Source: Polyangiaceae bacterium
Lineage (GTDB): Bacteria; Myxococcota_A; Polyangia; Polyangiales; Polyangiaceae
DNA: 64,000 nucleotides
Direction: 5' to 3'
Assembly: GCA_965222375.1 (NCBI GenBank)
Contig: CBDCTZ010000014.1
Coordinates: 768,001 to 832,000, forward strand
Shown one piece after another: positions 58,491 through 64,000 of this stretch; positions within the stretch are counted from its first letter, which is position 1; every line of letters starts with the position of its first letter. The translations under genes were made by a program, and so were the position numbers. The notes beneath the pieces were generated by a model, which was not told where the DNA came from, ran no database searches, and was given only the letters and a program-made list of their open reading frames with translations.

Positions 58491-59884
58491 GCCGGTTGTC
58501 CAGACGTCAGTTCGACCGCGTAGGGCGCGAGGCTGCGGGTCCGCTCGACGTGGGGCAAGTCGCGGTGGCAGCGGCCTTGGTCGCCATGGCTTTCGCGTGC
58601 GATCGGGAGACTCCACCGACCACGCCCGCTCCACTCCCGCCCCCGCGGTCGTCGATGCCCGCGGCCACCGTCGCGCCCAGCTCGGCGGTGGTTCCTGCGC
58701 CTCAACCCGACGCCGCTGCGGTCGCGTCACACAACCCGTATCGAGCCGTCGACCTCGACGCGCTGAAGCAGCTCGAGCAAGAGGCTCGCGGCAACGCTTC
58801 AGATGCCCTCGTGGTTCGCCAAGACGGCAAACCCCTGCTGGAGGCATGGCTGTCGCCGCGTCGGTCGCCGATTCAGAGCATGAGCATCACCAAGAGCGTG
58901 CTGGCCTTGGTGGTTGGCTGTCTGGTCGACCAGGGTAAGCTGCGAGCAGAACAGTCGGTTTCTGAGCATTTCCCGGTTTGGAAAAACTCTTCCAAGGACA
59001 AAGTCCTCGTCTCCCATCTGCTCACCCATTCCAGCGGTTTGGATGAAGGCAAGAGCACCGCGCAGATTTACCGGGCCAAGAGCTTCATCGATCACGCGCT
59101 TTCCTCGAAACTGATGGCGCCCCCTGGCACGCACTACGAATACGGCAACCGCGCCAGCAACCTGCTTGCGGGCGTGATCGCTCGCGCTGCGGGCAAGAGC
59201 ACGGAGCTTGCGACCAAGGAGTGTCTATTCGAACCTCTGGGCATCAAGCGTTTCGTGTGGAGTGTCGACTCCCGGGGCCAGGCTCATGGCTTGGCGGGTC
59301 TGCACCTCTTGCCGAAGGATCTGGCGAAGCTGGGCGAACTCGTCCTCGGTCAGGGTCGTTATGCCGATCGCCGCGTACTCAGTGCGGCCTGGGTCAAACG
59401 CGTCACCGAGACGCCAGCACCCATCGAACCTCCGCACAAACCCATGGCGGCCCTGTGGTGGCGTTTGCCCGATCGGACCGAGCGGGTCATCGACGAGGCG
59501 ATCCTCGCCAAGTGGCGTTCCGCGGGCGTGCCCGAGGAGGTCGTGCGGCGGGTGACACCGCTCAAGGGCAAGCCCTTCGTGTCTCAATTGGGGTTCGTTC
59601 GAGCTTTGCGGGAAGCCTTCGGCGGCGATCGTAATTTGAAAGTGCTCAGCGAAGAGGTCTACGCCAAGAAACTGCCGGATGCGCGCTTCAGCTACGGGCG
59701 CTTCGTCGGCACCTACGCTCACGGTTCTTTGGGGCAGTTCCTGGTCATCGTACCGGAACAGAAGCTCGTCGCCGTGCGCATGCGTCGCCCGCCCAAGAAG
59801 CGCAGAGAACGAAAGAACGTGGAAAAGGCGTTTCCAGATTTTCCTGATCGCGTTCTGGCCCTGACCCGAGCCCCAGTCGACTAG
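58487..59884 (+). CDS. Serine hydrolase, beta-lactamase family
   Basis: SITK (SxxK), HLLTHSSG, YGN (YxN), DLAKLG.L, HGSLGQ. Start approximate. Confidence 0.88.
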   Translation: MSRLSRRQFDRVGREAAGPLDVGQVAVAAALVAMAFACDRETPPTTPAPLPPPRSSMPAATVAPSSAVVPAPQPDAAAVASHNPYRAVDLDALKQLEQEARGNASDALVVRQDGKPLLEAWLSPRRSPIQSMSITKSVLALVVGCLVDQGKLRAEQSVSEHFPVWKNSSKDKVLVSHLLTHSSGLDEGKSTAQIYRAKSFIDHALSSKLMAPPGTHYEYGNRASNLLAGVIARAAGKSTELATKECLFEPLGIKRFVWSVDSRGQAHGLAGLHLLPKDLAKLGELVLGQGRYADRRVLSAAWVKRVTETPAPIEPPHKPMAALWWRLPDRTERVIDEAILAKWRSAGVPEEVVRRVTPLKGKPFVSQLGFVRALREAFGGDRNLKVLSEEVYAKKLPDARFSYGRFVGTYAHGSLGQFLVIVPEQKLVAVRMRRPPKKRRERKNVEKAFPDFPDRVLALTRAPVD

Positions 59885-60378
59885 AGATCACAGCGCGCCA
59901 ACAGGCCGTCCCAGAAGGCGCCGGGGTCTGCGGGGGTGCAGCTCTCCAGGCCGTCGCATTCGGCTTCCGAGCGACACACGTGCAGCTCCTTGCTCGAGAA
60001 GAAACAGTTTTTCGGATCTCTGCATTCGGACCCGCCAGCATTTGCGTTGCCAAAAGCACAACACACCTTTCCGCTGGGGCAGTCCTCGGGGCCGTCACAA
60101 CCAAAGGCGTAGGTTGGGCAGGCGGACAGGGCAGTGCAGCGAGCGTTTCCGAGGGTCGGCCCCTGCTGGTCGGCGCAGCACACCTCGCCGGCTCCGCATG
60201 CGCAGCCCGCCGCACCCGGGCAGGTCACGAAGCCGTCCGTGGGTGTTCGCCAATTGTACTGGCCGCACTCCTGGCGACCATTACCGCCCAAATTGGCGTC
60301 CTCGCTGCCACAAGCCGACGACGCCACGGTCGCGACCAATGCCGCCCCGTAACCGAGAGCGCGAAAAAGGTTCTTCAT
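59881..60378 (-). CDS. Cys-rich lipoprotein
   Basis: Lipobox SSAC; CDGPEDC..G.VCC motif. Confidence 0.75.
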   Translation of the reverse strand: MKNLFRALGYGAALVATVASSACGSEDANLGGNGRQECGQYNWRTPTDGFVTCPGAAGCACGAGEVCCADQQGPTLGNARCTALSACPTYAFGCDGPEDCPSGKVCCAFGNANAGGSECRDPKNCFFSSKELHVCRSEAECDGLESCTPADPGAFWDGLLARCDL

Positions 60379-60430
60379 GGTCGGGAGTGACGCGAGCATC
60401 GCGGTTTGATCACGCATTTTGTCCGCAGGT

Positions 60431-61204
60431 TCACTTTTTGTCGATTTTGCGCGCGAGCGCCCGGGCTTCCGGCGCCAGGGTTCCCGAGGGGAAGCGCGCG
60501 AAATAGTCGTTCAATGCCGCCCGGGCCGCCGGGCGATCCCCGCGACGAAGGGCGCCGCGGGCTCGATCCAGCGCGGCGATCTCGGCGGCGAGCCCCGGCG
60601 CTGCTGCGGGCTTGGGCGGCGCGGGCGAGGGAGTGCTGCCCGCGGCTGGTGGCCTGGGGGGCCGCTTCGGGGGGGCAAGCGTCGGTGGGTCCGCTGTTGC
60701 CGGCGGCGGCGCGGTCTGCGCTGGCGTCGGTGTTGGCGCAGCGGGCGCTTCGACAACGAAGATCGCACTAGGCACCGGCTGGGCGCGTTCCAACGGCCGC
60801 GTGATCGGCTCGGGCCAGGCCACGATGGCCGCAGCTCCGACGACCGCACCGGCGAGCACCAGGGCTCCCAACTTCGCTCCCGCAAAACCCGTCGCAGCCG
60901 GCGCAATGCTCGCCTGAGCCCCGGCGCCCAGAGCGCCACCGGCGTTTCCGGGCAGAGGTGCCGCGTCGCCACCTGGTAGCTCGCCCTGCCCGCCAAGATC
61001 GCCCCCGCCCGGTTCGCCGCCGCCTGAAGCATCACTGCCGCCCCCGTCGCCGTCGGGACCACCCGGGGGCAGGGGATCGATGCCCAGCGCTGCCAAGAGC
61101 CGCCCCGCGCGCCCCTCGTGTTCCGGATCGTCCACGGCAGCGCGCAACAACGCGAGCTCCGTGGCGTCGTCGCTGGATGCGAGCAAGCGCTCGGGATCAG
61201 TCAT
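60431..61204 (-). CDS. Probable anti-sigma factor membrane protein
   Basis: MTDPERLL...LLRAA N-terminus, one TM helix, Pro-rich linker, C-terminal E...L..AR.AL...Y..RFP.G.L..EA; ATGA-coupled to the ECF gene. Confidence 0.75.
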   Translation of the reverse strand: MTDPERLLASSDDATELALLRAAVDDPEHEGRAGRLLAALGIDPLPPGGPDGDGGGSDASGGGEPGGGDLGGQGELPGGDAAPLPGNAGGALGAGAQASIAPAATGFAGAKLGALVLAGAVVGAAAIVAWPEPITRPLERAQPVPSAIFVVEAPAAPTPTPAQTAPPPATADPPTLAPPKRPPRPPAAGSTPSPAPPKPAAAPGLAAEIAALDRARGALRRGDRPAARAALNDYFARFPSGTLAPEARALARKIDKK

Positions 61205-61749
61205 GAGCCACCTCCAAAACCGTCTCTCGCTCGCAAGCGTTTCGCCCCTGCCTGAAACATCTCCCGACCCCGCCGAAGCCGAGAGGCCACTGTGCCCGGT
61301 GGGGTCTCCAGCGCTTCGGCGATTTCTGCCATGGTGAGGGACTCGATTTCATACAGCACGAACACCGTGCGGATATCTTCTGGCATCGACTCCAGCACTT
61401 CGTCGAGCAGCGCCCGCGCCCGCTTCTGATTGACCAATTCGTCCGGCGATGGCTGTCCGTCGCTGAGGGCAGCCGCCGCGTCAGGATCCGACCCGAGCTC
61501 ACTCTTGGCTTCCTTGCGTCGCGTAGCCTTGGCGGTGCGAGTTGCGACGCTGTACAGGAACGCTCGCTCGTCGCGCAGCTCGTCCAACTGCTTCAGCGCC
61601 ACCATGAAGACCTGCTGGGCGGCGTCGTCGATGGCCGAGCGTGGCACCCCAGCCGCCCAAAGCACCCGACTCACGAACCCCGTGTGGGTCATGACGAAGT
61701 CGCGGGCACGAGCCTGCTGCACAGCTCCGGGAGGGGGCGGGGGCGACAT
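61201..61749 (-). CDS. ECF-type RNA polymerase sigma factor
   Basis: DDAAQQVF, FLY.VA, VFVLYEIE.LT..EIAEAL..P.GTVASRLRR. Start approximate. Confidence 0.92.
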   Translation of the reverse strand: MSPPPPPGAVQQARARDFVMTHTGFVSRVLWAAGVPRSAIDDAAQQVFMVALKQLDELRDERAFLYSVATRTAKATRRKEAKSELGSDPDAAAALSDGQPSPDELVNQKRARALLDEVLESMPEDIRTVFVLYEIESLTMAEIAEALETPPGTVASRLRRGREMFQAGAKRLRARDGFGGGS

Positions 61750-62433
61750 GGGACGGGGTGCCGGGTGAGCGGCCGCGACGAGCATACCGACCAGGAGTGA
61801 CCCCACGGACCCGGTTTGATCACCAAATCCGCAAGCCGCCTCCGATCGCCTCCGATCAGGGGTTTTTGGGGATGTGCCGAAACCTGCCGTCATCGACAGT
61901 TCGTCGCGGTGCGAGGTGGGGCATCACCCGCAGGAAGTCGGCTGGCCTCCCCAGGGGAGGGACTGTCCGTGCCTGAGGCGCGGCGCACCTTCGCTGGCCG
62001 TCGCTGGCGAAGGTTGAAGCTCCCGGCGTCAGCTGAGACCGGCACACTCCTCCGCCGCATCACGGCAGGCTGACAGGGGAATGCCGGCCTACGACAAACT
62101 GCACACACAAGAATCCCAGGGTGGGAGGACAACTTGTTCGGCCCACTGCAGATTCAGTTGCTCGATCTTTGTACGGAGGCCCACCCCGGGTGGGACAACG
62201 CGTCGGACGACCGCGATGCTGAGTTGCGAAAGAAAGCGCCGGCGACTGGCGCCGTCTCGTCTGGTGGGGCTGCGGTGCGGGCGGGCCTTTGGGGGCCCGC
62301 CACATCCGCACCTCCGCCGGGGCGCCGGCGCCGTGCGTGTCAGGGGAAGAGCGCGCAGTGCGAGCCGCGCGCCTGGGACTCGCACAAATGGGAGCCGAGC
62401 GAGTCAAAGCTTTCTGTACGTTCGCTGCGGCCG

Positions 62434-63792
62434 TCAGTCGCATAGCTGCGGCGCGATGGGTTCTTGCGCAGGAGCGCGGCGCGGCCCAGCGTGAGCCCTC
62501 GACTCAGCTGGCTTCGCGGCGGCGCCAGGGTGCGGTGCGATCTGCTTGACTGGATGCAGCAAGACGACGGCCTGTTGCAGCAGTGCTTCGACCTCGGGCT
62601 CAATCCCGCGCTCTCGGAGCGTGTCCAGTGCGGAGTTGACCTGCTTGCGTTTGAATCCGAGCCCAACCAACACTTTTCCCGCTTTCGAATACGCTTCGCG
62701 CTCTCGCTGCTTGCGCCGGATATGCTCCTCGCCGAACTCTCGCCTGGCCGCGTCTTGGTTGTGGGGCTTGCAGAGCAGGCAAAGGTTCTCCGCAGTGGGC
62801 GGGCCACCACGCGCATGTGGGTCCACGTGTTCCAGAGTCACATAGCGTTTCTCACTGCAGCGCCGTCCGTGCGCGTCGACAAAGGTGCATTGGGACTCGT
62901 CGCGCTCCCAGACCTCTCGAGCCACCGAGACCGGCACGTGTCGTGAGTCTTCTTTGAGCGGCCGGAGCTTGCGGGGCTTGTCGCTCACTGCGCCCTGTCG
63001 GCGCTTGGTCTCCTTCGCGATTAGCTCGTCCAACGCACGCTCAAAGAGCTCTCCCAGGTTCCCCGGCGCCACAGCGTGGCTGAGCAAGTTCTGGGCGCGC
63101 TCGAGCTTCGCGTGAAGCTCCGCGCTAGCGGTGAATTCCACGCGGTAACTCTGCGCGGAGAGCGGCTGCACTCGAGCCTGTTTTCGTCCGCTTCCGCGGC
63201 ATCCACTCGGCCCAGGATAGGTAGCGCCGCTCGCGGTTCCGGCGCCGTCGGGGCAATCGCTTGTCCCAGGATAGGTAACTCTGTCAGCCGCGTCTGCAGG
63301 ACCTTCATTCTTCGCGGGGTCAGTGGCGACTGCACCTATCCCGGGACAAGCTGATCCCGCCCCGAGCGGCGTGATGCTGGCCAGGACGTCAGGCCTGGGA
63401 AACCATCGAGCGAGCACGAGTTCGAGCTCACGCCGGGTTTTGCCGCGAGCCTCGGTCAGCAGCGACTCCACATTGTCTTCGGTTAGATGACCCGAGAGCA
63501 GGAAGAGCCCGGTCAGGTGAATCGCCCCGCTCTTCAGCTCATCGAGGATCTGCGGCAGCTCCAGATACAGGCGAGCTACGCGTATTCGTTTCAGAGCAGC
63601 TTGCTCCGAGTAGCCAAGGCGCTCGACGCAGAACGCAAACAGCGAGGAGCAGGCCTCCTGGAGGTAGAGTTTTCGACGCTCAACCTCCGCCAAATACACG
63701 ATGACCTCAGCGGTCGCCCGTCGCTCCTCGGAGCAGAGCACCGGCAGCCGCGCGAGGAGTTGTTCGTTGCTGAGAGAGTCGAGAGTTTCCAT
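62434..63792 (-). CDS. HNH endonuclease, DUF222-like, with RuvA-C-like tail
   Basis: VWERD..QC.F....G.RC......EHVDPHARGG....NL.LLC..HN; N-terminal L.EVERRKLY...SSLF.FC...LGYSE; tail LVGLGFK. Confidence 0.85.
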   Translation of the reverse strand: METLDSLSNEQLLARLPVLCSEERRATAEVIVYLAEVERRKLYLQEACSSLFAFCVERLGYSEQAALKRIRVARLYLELPQILDELKSGAIHLTGLFLLSGHLTEDNVESLLTEARGKTRRELELVLARWFPRPDVLASITPLGAGSACPGIGAVATDPAKNEGPADAADRVTYPGTSDCPDGAGTASGATYPGPSGCRGSGRKQARVQPLSAQSYRVEFTASAELHAKLERAQNLLSHAVAPGNLGELFERALDELIAKETKRRQGAVSDKPRKLRPLKEDSRHVPVSVAREVWERDESQCTFVDAHGRRCSEKRYVTLEHVDPHARGGPPTAENLCLLCKPHNQDAARREFGEEHIRRKQREREAYSKAGKVLVGLGFKRKQVNSALDTLRERGIEPEVEALLQQAVVLLHPVKQIAPHPGAAAKPAESRAHAGPRRAPAQEPIAPQLCD

Positions 63793-64000
63793 GTTTCTTT
63801 CGTAACATGGGGATGTTTTCCTTCACTGCTGGCTCACAGCCCTCGTTTCGGTGATGCGGCCACCCGCGAAGTCGTTTCGAAGTCAAAGCGCCCTTGGGCT
63901 TCGATCTCGCGCGCCCACCGCGCACTTGAATTGCTGGTCTCGAAACTCGAAACGACGTCGCCCAGGCACCCGTCAAGCACAAAGTGCCTCACACTTTCAG

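Noticed and set aside
62030..62240. Plus-strand frame interrupted by TGA at 62071 (pseudogene or recoding)
   Set aside because: No recognisable domain or SECIS-like support.

Overview
This is a GC-rich bacterial window with a strongly myxobacterial (Polyangiaceae-like) signature: many lipoproteins with Gly/Ser linkers and Cys-rich repeats, a Hanks kinase, an ECF/anti-sigma pair and a DUF222-like HNH gene. It holds about 55 genes, and I found no rRNA, tRNA or CRISPR array. Two things stand out. (1) A complete IS110-family, IS1111-group element at 11588-13206, whose ends, GA core, target site and bridge/seek-RNA guides can be read from the sequence. Its putative donor-guide module is duplicated at a 60-bp period, its 5' leader can fold into an SD-sequestering switch, and it sits at a fixed position inside a bipartite intergenic repeat present six times in the window. 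(2) A locus at 47.8-56.7 kb encoding a putative porin, a NapC/NirT-type quinol dehydrogenase and cytochromes with 12, 15, 27 and 6 heme motifs (64 motifs in total), a candidate extracellular electron-transfer conduit. Also present: a protein-arginine deiminase lipoprotein, an internally deleted spermidine-synthase-like pseudogene, a TetR gene with a FadR-box-like operator, and a P460-type cytochrome. All calls come from motif reading only; no database searches were run.
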